Positions 19,777 through 31,748 of a stretch of 39,181 nt of DNA are shown here, piece after piece. Below the pieces are notes generated by a model that was not told where the DNA came from, ran no database searches, and saw nothing but the letters and a program-made list of their open reading frames with translations. The stretch's first letter is position 1. Each line of letters opens with the position of its first letter. Origin of the DNA: Octopus bimaculoides (taxonomy: Eukaryota); assembly GCF_001194135.2 (NCBI RefSeq), contig NC_068999.1, positions 19,470,340 to 19,509,520 of the forward strand, written 5' to 3'. The position numbers were made by a program, and so were the translations under genes.

Positions 19777-22749
19777 NNNNNNNNNNNNNNNNNNNNNNNN
19801 NNNNNNNNNNNNNNNNNNNNNNNNNNNNNNNNNNNNNNNNNNNNNNNNNNNNNNNNNNNNNNNNNNNNNNNNNNNNNNNNNNNNNNNNNNNNNNNNNNNN
19901 NNNNNNNNNNNNNNNNNNNNNNNNNNNNNNNNNNNNNNNNNNNNNNNNNNNNNNNNNNNNNNNNNNNNNNNNNNNNNNNNNNNNNNNNNNNNNNNNNNNN
20001 NNNNNNNNNNNNNNNNNNNNNNNNNNNNNNNNNNNNNNNNNNNNNNNNNNNNNNNNNNNNNNNNNNNNNNNNNNNNNNNNNNNNNNNNNNNNNNNNNNNN
20101 NNNNNNNNNNNNNNNNNNNNNNNNNNNNNNNNNNNNNNNNNNNNNNNNNNNNNNNNNNNNNNNNNNNNNNNNNNNNNNNNNNNNNNNNNNNNNNNNNNNN
20201 NNNNNNNNNNNNNNNNNNNNNNNNNNNNNNNNNNNNNNNNNNNNNNNNNNNNNNNNNNNNNNNNNNNNNNNNNNNNNNNNNNNNNNNNNNNNNNNNNNNN
20301 NNNNNNNNNNNNNNNNNNNNNNNNNNNNNNCTTATTATCTTATTATATTATTCCTCTTAGTGTTATTTTCTTTGCGAAACCCTTTTTCCAAAGACTTTAA
20401 TTAATTTCATGTAGAATATATGTAATTCGAAAGAGTGAAATCTAGTAAAGACATTTTGAGAAATCTAAGAAAAAAAGAATTGATTTATTTAATCGTTGCA
20501 TTATAAGATAAAGTATTTTCAGCCATTTAAAAAATATTATTTGAATTCTGAATTTTTCTCACCAATCTCCTCGCAAAGATGATAAGTCGTTGCCTTGTAG
20601 CCGTCTGCCTGATAATGGGTTATAAACTCACGAAATTACGAGATCGAAAATTGAAACCTTCAGAATGAATATATAGGTCATCTAGGCTCATGAAATTTGT
20701 CACAGATTTTGTCCGTGAAATCCTGAGATTCACCCCACATAAAAGAAATCAAGAACTGTGGAGTATTTTTTTAATTTACAGTTCAAATTATTTGAAAATA
20801 AAAACTTATAAAGAAATTCAGTGGGAAATGTAGAAAAGATTCTAACATGTAGAAAACTTTAGAGGTTATAATTTTCCTATTTTATGAATGTTTAAATATA
20901 GGAATTAGTAATATCAATAGGTAAACGTTTAATGTGTAAATTGGAGCATAAACAGTTTCTTGAGTATTCAAATGTAAACATTCGAGTAAAAATAACAATA
21001 TAACGAGCATTGATATTTATTCTAAGTATTAACTTCTAAATTCAGTAGCAATATTTTACGATATTTCCTTCCTTTTTGTGCAGAATGAATACCGAAAATT
21101 ATCTAGGCTTCTGCACCGGCATTTTGCATTCTAATGCACACGCACACATATATATTATATGTATATTAATATATATATATATATATATANNNNNNNNNNN
21201 NNNNNNNNNNNNNNNNNNNNNNNNNNNNNNNNNNNNNNNNNNNNNNNNNNNNNNNNNNNNNNNNNNNNNNNNNNNNNNNNNNNNNNNNNNNNNNNNNNNN
21301 NNNNNNNNNNNNNNNNNNNNNNNNNNNNNNNNNNNNNNNNNNNNNNNNNNNNNNNNNNNNNNNNNNNNNNNNNNNNNNNNNNNNNNNNNNNNNNNNNNNN
21401 NNNNNNNNNNNNNNNNNNNNNNNNNNNNNNNNNNNNNNNNNNNNNNNNNNNNNNNNNNNNNNNNNNNNNNNNNNNNNNNNNNNNNNNNNNNNNNNNNNNN
21501 NNNNNNNNNNNNNNNNNNNNNNNNNNNNNNNNNNNNNNNNNNNNNNNNNNNNNNNNNNNNNNNNNNNNNNNNNNNNNNNNNNNNNNNNNNNNNNNNNNNN
21601 NNNNNNNNNNNNNNNNNNNNNNNNNNNNNNNNNNNNNNNNNNNNNNNNNNNNNNNNNNNNNNNNNNNNNNNNNNNNNNNNNNNNNNNNNNNNNNNNNNNN
21701 NNNNNNNNNNNNNNNNNNNNNNNNNNNNNNNNNNNNNNNNNNNNNNNNNNNNNNNNNNNNNNNNNNNNNNNNNNNNNNNNNNNNNNNNNNNNNNNNNNNN
21801 NNNNNNNNNNNNNNNNNNNNNNNNNNNNNNNNNNNNNNNNNNNNNNNNNNNNNNNNNNNNNNNNNNNNNNNNNNNNNNNNNNNNNNNNNNNNNNNNNNNN
21901 NNNNNNNNNNNNNNNNNNNNNNNNNNNNNNNNNNNNNNNNNNNNNNNNNNNNNNNNNNNNNNNNNNNNNNNNNNNNNNNNNNNNNNNNNNNNNNNNNNNN
22001 NNNNNNNNNNNNNNNNNNNNNNNNNNNNNNNNNNNNNNNNNNNNNNNNNNNNNNNNNNNNNNNNNNNNNNNNNNNNNNNNNNNNNNNNNNNNNNNNNNNN
22101 NNNNNNNNNNNNNNNNNNNNNNNNNNNNNNNNNNNNNNNNNNNNNNNNGTACAAATCAAACCAATGTAGACTATTTGATGAACACTATATTTAGAAAATA
22201 TATTCTTCACACATCAGCAGCAATATTTTAGGTTTTAATCTTCTCTTCCTGTACTTTACTAGACTTAATTACTGCTTCTTCTGTACATTATTTGTAGGTT
22301 CAACAAAGAATAGTATAAGATTCTGCGCCCACAGTGTTCATTGTAGTCCCTTTTTTTAACTCAGGCAACGCTTCCGTTATTTTAATTAAGTATATTTACC
22401 ATTATATTTGGAAAAGGGAGGCTATTGGTAAATATTCTTTAAACATAGATCGAGTTCAACTCAGAAATTGTGTATGTAGCTAAAAAAGAATTGAGAGCAG
22501 CAATTATATTAAAAATAAATATATTTTAAAGCCATTTTTATTATAAAATATTGTCATAATCGAATTCCATCGATTTGTTTTTTTTTTTTATTTTGATATG
22601 CTTTTAATGCATAANNNNNNNNNNNNNNNNTTTTTTTTTTATTTTGATATGCTTTAAATGCATAAAGAATACTAAAAATTAGTATGAAAACACAAAAACA
22701 AATCATGATTCTTTTGTTTGATATTTTTAGACGGGGCCCTCTCCAAAAT

Positions 22750-23079
22750 ATTCCTCTCGGGGAACTCTATCATTTGAGTTCAGATAATATTATTGATTTC
22801 ATCATAAGTGGCGAGCTGGAAGAAACGTTTGTACGCCGGGCGAAATGCTTAGCGCTATTCGTCTGTTCTGAGTTCAAATTCCGCTGAGGTCGAGTTTGCC
22901 TTTCATTCTTTTGGGGTCGATACATTAAGTACTAGTTACGCACTGGGGTCGATGTAATCGACTTAATCCCTTTGTCTGTCCTTGTTTGTCCCCTCTATAT
23001 TTAGCCCCTGGAAGGCAATAAAGAAATAAGAAACGTTAGCACGCCGGGCGAAATGCTTAGCGGTATTTCGTCCGTTCTA
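22750..23079 (+). repeat. Right arm of the 330-bp inverted duplication; contains a SINE B dimer truncated in unit 2 (22810-23079)
   Basis: See left arm. Similarity ends abruptly after gttcta. Confidence 0.95.
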
Positions 23080-26000
23080 TAGGTAAGGATTGGCAATTAA
23101 ATTGTATGTAGCATTCAAGTGATAACTCACACTTCTTATTTCTATTAACACACACATGCTCACACACCAGCAAGTGTGCTATTATTTTACACTCATAAAC
23201 ATACACCTTATGTAATTGACTCACAAAGGATGTGGTCAAATTGCAAGCATGTAAACAGATAACCATCCATAATTTGCACAAAAATGCTTCCTCTACACTC
23301 GGTCGAATGAAACGTTATTCCTTGGTGGTCACATCTAATCATTCGAAATATGACTGTATCGTAATAACTTCACAGAAACAACCCAAAGATATATATATTT
23401 TTGTTAAATTTGTCTGTTCCATTTATCATTTATATTTCTTTCTCTTGTATCAGCCTAAATTAATGAAGGAGGTCTGAACCCTGAAACGTTATTTTTAAGC
23501 GTTTATGTAATTTTCAGTTTTATTTATAATTACTACTTGTGTTCACTTTGTCATGTTTCTGCGTTGAGAGTTTTGTTGTAAACGTTGTGTCTATATTTAT
23601 AGAACTATATATACATATAGACACACACGTGTGTTGAGCACAGCGGAGAGGGAGGGAGATACATATTTTGCGAAGCATTTGGCCTATATGTAGGTGTGTG
23701 ATGTCGCCTGACTTTTTAAGATAAATTGGATGATACTTAGATATTAAATGCATTCTGTATTCATTCCTATTCATATAATTACTCAGATTGTATTCACCTT
23801 GGCATCTTTGCATTCCGAGTTAATTAATTTCGTATATCCATCTCAATTAATGTGATACCATTAGTTCTGAAGAATTTCTTCATTACGTAAATCTTCAATA
23901 GCTAATTACTTACGACTAATGAATACAGCAATGAATGCCTCTAAAGACTATCAGATTTTCCTGGCTTCCAACAAGCTTCTTAATGAAATACAATTCACAA
24001 TCAAAAGATTATACTTAGTCAATGATAAACTAAGTTTCTCATCAGATTTATAGTATTTTGACTTCCTATTTCCAAACAGTTATGAAAGGCAGAGAAATTC
24101 TGTTTATGCAGAGATTCAATAGGGTATGAGTTTAATATAACATATGATATAATTATATTAATATCATTCAAGTACATTCCGCACGAATTTAAATTTTTAA
24201 TGACACAAATAATTCTATTCGTTAGGAAACAAATTAATAATTAGATATTTGTATTGTGTATCAAATAAATGAGTCTCGTGAAACGTGTCTTTATTGAAAT
24301 CTCATTAAATACTTCAGTTATCTATTTAGATACGTTTTAGGTACGAAATACTATCACTAATCAATAATACACGTTACTATCCTGCGTTAATATGCACAAA
24401 TTCATTATTTTACTATTCTAATTAATTGAACTGTGGTTTTCCTGGGAATTTTTTTATTGACTCCATTTAATTTCTGTTTTTAGATTAATACTTACAAGAT
24501 GGTACTTTATTTATCGAAGGACTATAGTAAGGTGTCATCAAAACTATATCAATTCACTTGATTTCAAAATGCTTCCACCAACAAAGACTATATTAAGTCA
24601 AATTATATTGCATATATTATTTCTGTAATCTTACTACATTACTTATGAAGCTAATTTCAAATTATATATATATCCCTGCATGTCTGTATTGAAATGTGCA
24701 TGTGTTTGCGTATGCCCCGTGCTAACGTAAGTGAAACATTCTTATCGCAGTAATATTTTCCTCATCAAATAACGTAAGCCTGAGTGTGCGGAATTCTTTG
24801 GAATGACAAACGATTAAAGAGCAAATTTGGTCAGTTTTAACAAATATGTAGCATATTATTTTAAGAAGGTAACGATGGAATTGTTATGAAGTCACCTTTT
24901 TCAAATAGACCAGACCTCATGTTTTTGGCGACCCGCACATTCCGATTGCGATCATATTTGAAGTAGATATGCGCAGTTTCACCGTAAATTTGAGGCAGCA
25001 GATGTCGATACCTGTCTAGTTTACTCACCACAACCCTCGTTGGTGAGGTTTACTATTTTCCAAATATCAAATTCAATAGATGAATAAAAGGTCTCCTTTT
25101 TCTCGGATACGGTTCGCTTTTCACAAAATATCGGCTATTGTCTCTGTTTCAGTCAGAGATGCACTACGAAACAAGCCAATAAGATTACAAATTCACTATA
25201 TATGTTTTGTAGAGTAAGACTGTATTTAATCTGGTTTCTATCTGCTAATTTTAGATCAGATCAAAGCATCAAACGGAATTCGATAATAATTCATGATTGA
25301 CTGAAATACAACCGGGGCCAGGTGTATGTTCACTTCCTGAATTACGGCAATGTTACGGCGTTACATTTTCCGAGGTCAAAATATTATTTAATTCAACATT
25401 TTCCCATTAGTTGTTCTGCCTCGATAGGATTCTTTCCGTTTACCTCTTTTTCATTTATGAAGGCTAGAGCATTTCGTGCGGAGTTTGTGGGCTTAAAATG
25501 GTTTCTTGGCCGACTGTAAAAACGCCGTTAAAACCTCAACATATCGCAAATCGAAATGAAGGAGGAGTATATGCCCCAAATGATATATTAATTACGACAT
25601 ATCAGTTACTGGACAAACAATCATATCCAGACGGTTGTTTATCTGGTCGGAGCGTGACTTACACAAGCAGTTTTACGTCTTTTTTTTAGAATAGCCACCA
25701 CATAGATAATATATAGAAAAATGAGAGTGTTGGCGAGCCATTCACAATGAGAATAGGTATGGCAAAGATAATCTTAAAATGTCGGGCAAAATAAGTTAAA
25801 GGAGGGCGTCTAGATTTGCCCGAAAATACACCTATTCATTTAGCAGCATCGTGCGCTTTCGAACAATACATTTTCTAGACCAAGTTCATCTAGTGAAGGA
25901 ATCCAGATATTCTCTAAGCTAATTATATGGGCTAGGAATTTACCATTCCTGAGGATTTGTAGGCCGGTGTTTTCATGTTTTCAAAGTTTCCTTGCTGGCA

Positions 26001-26399
26001 ATGACTACGGACAGTAATCGTTGTAATCTACATTAAAGCAAAGCGCATACATTTCTGCGGGGCAACTATTTCATCGGCTACGTCCCCTGGAATTTAGATA
26101 TCTCATTGTTTCCCAAACACTAAATACCGCTATAGCATGCAGATCATGTACTTCCTGGAGAGACGAGTAACCTACTGTTATAAGATTAGTAGCGGATTTA
26201 AGATATGAGAATGGTGCACTCTGAACTGCCTCATTATTTTAGCTATGTTACTAATGTTACCTGTTGGGGATGATGGATTTCAATAATAAAACTGCGCGAG
26301 CGATGCATAGATTGATGAGACAGCATACAACTCATTCGACCAGCGTCTGTAAATTTCTGATTCTTGATTTATTTCATGTAGCTTTTATTAAATGCTAAG

Positions 26400-27200
26400 A
26401 CATGCTGTTATCACATGAGGGGGTGGACCTAGATGTCAGGTGTGACTAAAAAGGGAGATGGAGTCATTGCCTTATTTCAGAAGGAAGAAACTTTTTCTTC
26501 TCTTTGTCCGATGGAAATATGGTAGTTGCATCTACTTAAAATGCTTGATGATAGATCTTTCTTCTGGTCAGGACAGGCATTTATTGGTTTCTTACAAATA
26601 CTAGTTTAGGAAGTATGTGATTATAGTGAGGGCTGTGCTTCTCTCAGTAAATATCCTAGATGGTAGGCTAGAAGTGATAAACATGTCCTGACTGGTTCTT
26701 GTTAGCTGTCTTCAATGTATTTACCTTCCATAATCTACGCAGACTTTAGACTTCTGTGGCGAAAGAAAACACCTCTTGGTAAAAGGTTTCTCACAATTTT
26801 GAATTGATAATGTATAAAATATATCCGGATATATTTGCTTGTGATCATAATGTTTATGTTATTTTAATAAACAAATCTGACGTTCAATAAAATATCGCAT
26901 TTTGGCCTCCCTTAAAGGTGAATATGTCGCTGCTTTTCGTAGATGCATACATCTATGATACAGTTGAAAGCGATACAGATTCAAGCTCTCGTTTCATTAT
27001 CTTCGACACCTTTCTTGGGAAAAGCCTGATCAAAACCCATCAGAGGTTTGCGATATAATCTGTATTCTTTCACAGCATATTAATGTAACAACTGGATTGT
27101 CATAGCTATAATTATATACAAAAGGATACCTTAGCAACAGAAAGCATTTTTAAGATATTCGACTTAGTAATTCTACATTGCTGTCATATTTGAGACATGA
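26400..27200 (-). pseudogene. Possible highly decayed Penelope-like reverse transcriptase relic
   Basis: Minus-strand motif relics in the expected order: IANLxMGF (27032-27054), LP(F)xDI (26650-26666), TSICKKP (26585-26605), then KKRSII. Frameshifts are needed and motif spacing is longer than typical. Confidence 0.3.
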
Positions 27201-28274
27201 GGATATGAACACCTGCGCTTACATTTACAGCAGCTATTATAGCAACAAATAAAACATGCATAACACACACAGAGCAAGAACAGTAGTGATAATAACAAAA
27301 ATAAGGGAAACAGCGACAAAATCAAAACAGAAACGATTTGAGTGTGATCGTATGCAAAGTAAAAGACTCATCCTAAAGTTGTCGCATTCAAAATTCCAAT
27401 GGTTACTCATTCGACCTCGAGCAATGGCACTTTTAGCAGCAAAGATGTTCGCACCTAAAAGGAAATGTTTTATACAAATGTCACACAGATGAGGAGAGTA
27501 AGCTGCTGCAAGGTCTAAGGTTTAAGCTTCAGGTAGGGTCATGATGAAGAGTAAATATTAGAACGGAACAAACACATTCAACCCTGATGAGAAAACCGGA
27601 AGACTAACTGCCGACACGCGAGATTGCCTCCGTATGAATATTTGCAAACCTAAGACATTTCGTAAAACCTGTTACCAATCAATGAAAGCTAGATGTAAAA
27701 TATGCTTATAGTAAAATTCTTTCATTCATTCACAATTTTCTGTTATATAATTATAATCCGGTATATTGTTCTGTAGAACTCGTTTCATGCAAACGACTTC
27801 AGATAGGCGGCTGAGAGCTTTTGTAAATAACGTGTGAAATGTTTACTAGGCGATACGAATAGCGTCAAAGATATGTCGATATAGAGCGATATGTTGTGAA
27901 AGCAGTGTATTTTAATTGGAATAAATCTTCTGGCATTGGTGATAAAATAGAACGGCATTGATAAGTAATACAAAGTGGTTAACTGGAAATTGTCCAAGAA
28001 AATAGCGATGTCTGGAGACCTTCATATGTGCAAATACACACATGAATACATAACAAAATCTATGTACGCATGTAGATGTATCTATGTGTATAAGAATCTA
28101 TGTTTTTACATATATCTATATAACTATCTCCATTTATCGCTCTCTCTTTACCTCAATATATATTGTATCTGCATGCCTTATATGTGTATGTTTATGTGCG
28201 TGCATTTGTGTGTGTGTGTGAGAGAGAGCGTGTGTGTGTGTGCGCACGTATGTGTCGGTCTGTGTGTATCTATG

Positions 28275-28311
<37 letters not shown>

Positions 28312-29718
28312 NNNNNNNNNNNNNNNNNNNNNNNNNNNNNNNNNNNNNNNNNNNNNNNNNNNNNNNNNNNNNNNNNNNNNNNNNNNNNNNNNNNNNNNNN
28401 NNNNNNNNNNNNNNNNNNNNNNNNNNNNNNNNNNNNNNNNNNNNNNNNNNNNNNNNNNNNNNNNNNNNNNNNNNNNNNNNNNNNNNNNNNNNNNNNNNNN
28501 NNNNNNNNNNNNNNNNNNNNNNNNNNNNNNNNNNNNNNNNNNNNNNNNNNNNNNNNNNNNNNNNNNNNNNNNNNNNNNNNNNNNNNNNNNNNNNNNNNNN
28601 NNNNNNNNNNNNNNNNNNNNNNNNNNNNNNNNNNNNNNNNNNNNNNNNNNNNNNNNNNNNNNNNNNNNNNNNNNNNNNNNNNNNNNNNNNNNNNNNNNNN
28701 NNNNNNNNNNNNNNNNNNNNNNNNNNNNNNNNNNNNNNNNNNNNNNNNNNNNNNNNNNNNNNNNNNNNNNNNNNNNNNNNNNNNNNNNNNNNNNNNNNNN
28801 NNNNNNNNNNNNNNNNNNNNNNNNNNNNNNNNNNNNNNNNNNNNNNNNNNNNNNNNNNNNNNNNNNNNNNNNNNNNNNNNNNNNNNNNNNNNNNNNNNNN
28901 NNNNNNNNNNNNNNNNNNNNNNNNNNNNNNNNNNNNNNNNNNNNNNNNNNNNNNNNNNNNNNNNNNNNNNNNNNNNNNNNNNNNNNNNNNNNNNNNNNNN
29001 NNNNNNNNNNNNNNNNNNNNNNNNNNNNNNNNNNNNNNNNNNNNNNNNNNNNNNNNNNNNNNNNNNNNNNNNNNNNNNNNNNNNNNNNNNTATATGCATA
29101 TGTATAAACGCATCTATGTATGCCTGTGCGCATGAGTGTATGTATATATGCATGTATGTATGTATGCATGTATGTGCGTATGCATGTATGTAAGTTTTTT
29201 ATGTACTTATGAATGTGTAGTTGTTTCAGCATAATAATATTCCTACAAATTATCAAACGCTCCTAGTACTTCATACTTCCACGATCAGGGACTGAACTTG
29301 ATTTGGTCTCAGTATTTCTTCAAATATACTAGTCGGATTTTTATAGACTGTGTGACTCAAGATGATTTTTGACAATTAGTTTTCCACTTTCTGTGCTTAT
29401 CTCTAAATGTTTCGGCCTATATCTTTTGTCTATTTTTGGTATATGAAAATGTAAATTAAGGATGCTTCAGAAGACTTTCTTGACCGCTGTTTCAACAATG
29501 ATACTGTAATTGTGTTAAACAAATTTACCCGGTACCAGCTCACAAGTTTGAAGTAATTTTATTACATAACAAACATATTAATAGCATGTTTCTTATAAGA
29601 CGCTCGAAAGTTTGAGGGTGGGAAATGTCCCAGTGAGCAACGTCAATTCCATTACCACCATCATTGTTATGTGTGTGTGTGTGCGTGTGTATACATGTAT
29701 GTATACATACATACATAT

Positions 29719-29777
<59 letters not shown>

Positions 29778-30664
29778 NNNNNNNNNNNNNNNNNNNNNNN
29801 NNNNNNNNNNNNNNNNNNNNNNNNNNNNNNNNNNNNNNNNNNNNNNNNNNNNNNNNNNNNNNNNNNNNNNNNNNNNNNNNNNNNNNNNNNNNNNNNNNNN
29901 NNNNNNNNNNNNNNNNNNNNNNNNNNNNNNNNNNNNNNNNNNNNNNNNNNNNNNNNNNNNNNNNNNNNNNNNNNNNNNNNNNNNNNNNNNNNNNNNNNNN
30001 NNNNNNNNNNNNNNNNNNNNNNNNNNNNNNNNNNNNNNNNNNNNNNNNNNNNNNNNNNNNNNNNNNNNNNNNNNNNNNNNNNNNNNNNNNNNNNNNNNNN
30101 NNNNNNNNNNNNNNNNNNNNNNNNNNNNNNNNNNNNNNNNNNNNNNNNNNNNNNNNNNNNNNNNNNNNNNNNNNNNNNNNNNNNNNNNNNNNNNNNNNNN
30201 NNNNNNNNNNNNNNNNNNNNNNNNNNNNNNNNNNNNNNNNNNNNNNNNNNNNNNNNNNNNNNNNNNNNNNNNNNNNNNNNNNNNNNNNNNNNNNNNNNNN
30301 NNNNNNNNNNNNNNNNNNNNNNNNNNNNNNNNNNNNNNNNNNNNNNNNNNNNNNNNNNNNNNNNNNNNNNNNNNNNNNNNNNNNNNNNNNNNNNNNNNNN
30401 NNNNNNNNNNNNNNNNNNNNNNNNNNNNNNNNNNNNNNNNNNNNNNNNNNNNNNNNNNNNNNNNNNNNNNNNNNNNNNNNNNNNNNNNNNNNNNNNNNNN
30501 NNNNNNNNNNNNNNNNNNNNNNNNNNNNNNNNNNNNNNNNNNNNNNNNNNNNNNNNNNNNNNNNNNNNNNNNNNNNNNNNNNNNNNNATATATATATATA
30601 TATATACCTACAGTGAGAGCAAGAGATAGACATGGCATTGGTGTATACATATTATTCATTTGCT

Positions 30665-31061
30665 GGTTAAAAGGGCAACCAAATTTTAATGATACATCAT
30701 TCCTTCAACTTTCGAAGAGAAGCATTGGTCTATAAAGGCCTATGATATGCAAGAGACTAACTGGGAGAGCTATGCCTGTCATCGCCACAGATGGCGAAAG
30801 CAATTTAAAAATAGGTTGATGATTTTGAGAGAGCACGTATTCTGCATGAACATTTAAAGTGTGCTGCTCGAAAGCGCACTGCTAATTTAGTGAATGGGGA
30901 AAGATTGATTTGCAATGTTTGCAGTCGAGTATTCTTGTCAAGAACAGGGCTTATTAGCCACCAACGGGGTCGCAAATGCAAACTGTAAGTTAGTCCTAGA
31001 GCGTACAATGTTTCTGAAGGTAAGCATTCGTTATCCTCGGTCACGAATGGACGGCTATCAT
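30665..31061 (+). mobile_element. RTE-type LINE 3' fragment
   Basis: NWESYACHRHRWRKQF, then after a frameshift DDFERARILHEHLKCAARK...[27 protein letters not shown] (stop at 30986-30988). The C-terminal CxxC...H zinc-finger-like motif and short 3' UTR are typical of RTE-clade ORF2. Confidence 0.75.
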
Positions 31062-31079
31062 ATACATTATAGATACAAG

Positions 31080-31206
31080 TGTATATATATATGTGTGGGT
31101 GTGTGTGTGTGTGTGTGTGTGTGCGTGTGTGTTTGTGTGTGTGTGTGTGCGTCTGTGTGTGTGAGAGAGAGAGAGTGCATGTGTTCGTGTGTGCATGTGT
31201 GTGTGC

Positions 31207-31239
<33 letters not shown>

Positions 31240-31255
31240 CGTGTGTGTGTGTGCG
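31080..31255. repeat. Compound (TG)n/(GA)n microsatellite
   Basis: Direct inspection. Confidence 0.9.
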
Positions 31256-31318
31256 TTCGTTTACATGTATATCATAGACTTCTTTGTGTTTACAACTTGA
31301 AAAACACTCCCGTTTTAC

Positions 31319-31327
31319 CGTTGAGTA
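31319..31327 (-). CDS. Candidate 9-nt microexon (TACTCAACG)
   Basis: Minus strand: about 100-nt AG-free zone with a long pyrimidine tract, then ctgttttctgcag|TACTCAACG|gtaaaa. Based on splice signals only. Confidence 0.3.
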
Positions 31328-31714
31328 CTGCAGAAAACAGATGGTTAAAATACAAGAGAAGCGGGGATAGGAAATAGAGAGAAAACGAATGTGTTAATTT
31401 ATTTTCATAATAAAAATGTTGTGTTTATTGCTGAGATGCAGAATATTCAAAGAAAATACTTACTTGAGATTTCTCCCCACTGCGCACAGTACAAATAGAT
31501 ACCCATGACGTGGAACACTAAGCTATCGATTTCAATTTTGGAATATGTCTGTAAAATAAGGAAAATTGCGAAAATATTTATAAAAGTATTTGCTCTATAT
31601 ATTTTATTGCCGTTCCGCACTCCCCACTTTTCCCTACATTAATTGTAAACATATCATATGTCATTCAGCACTCTTTACTACCAGGCTTGTTCAAAAGATA
31701 GGGCTAAATGAACG

Positions 31715-31748
<34 letters not shown>

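Noticed and set aside
22575-22670. Direct repeat tttttttttattttgatatgcttt.aatgcataa on both sides of a 17-N gap
   Set aside because: Typical unmerged contig overlap around a poly-T run; most likely an assembly artefact.
23457-23494. AAAT-TAATGAA-GG...CCCT-GAAACGTT-ATTT hammerhead-like string
   Set aside because: The core needs two changes and stem II barely pairs; at best a fossil.
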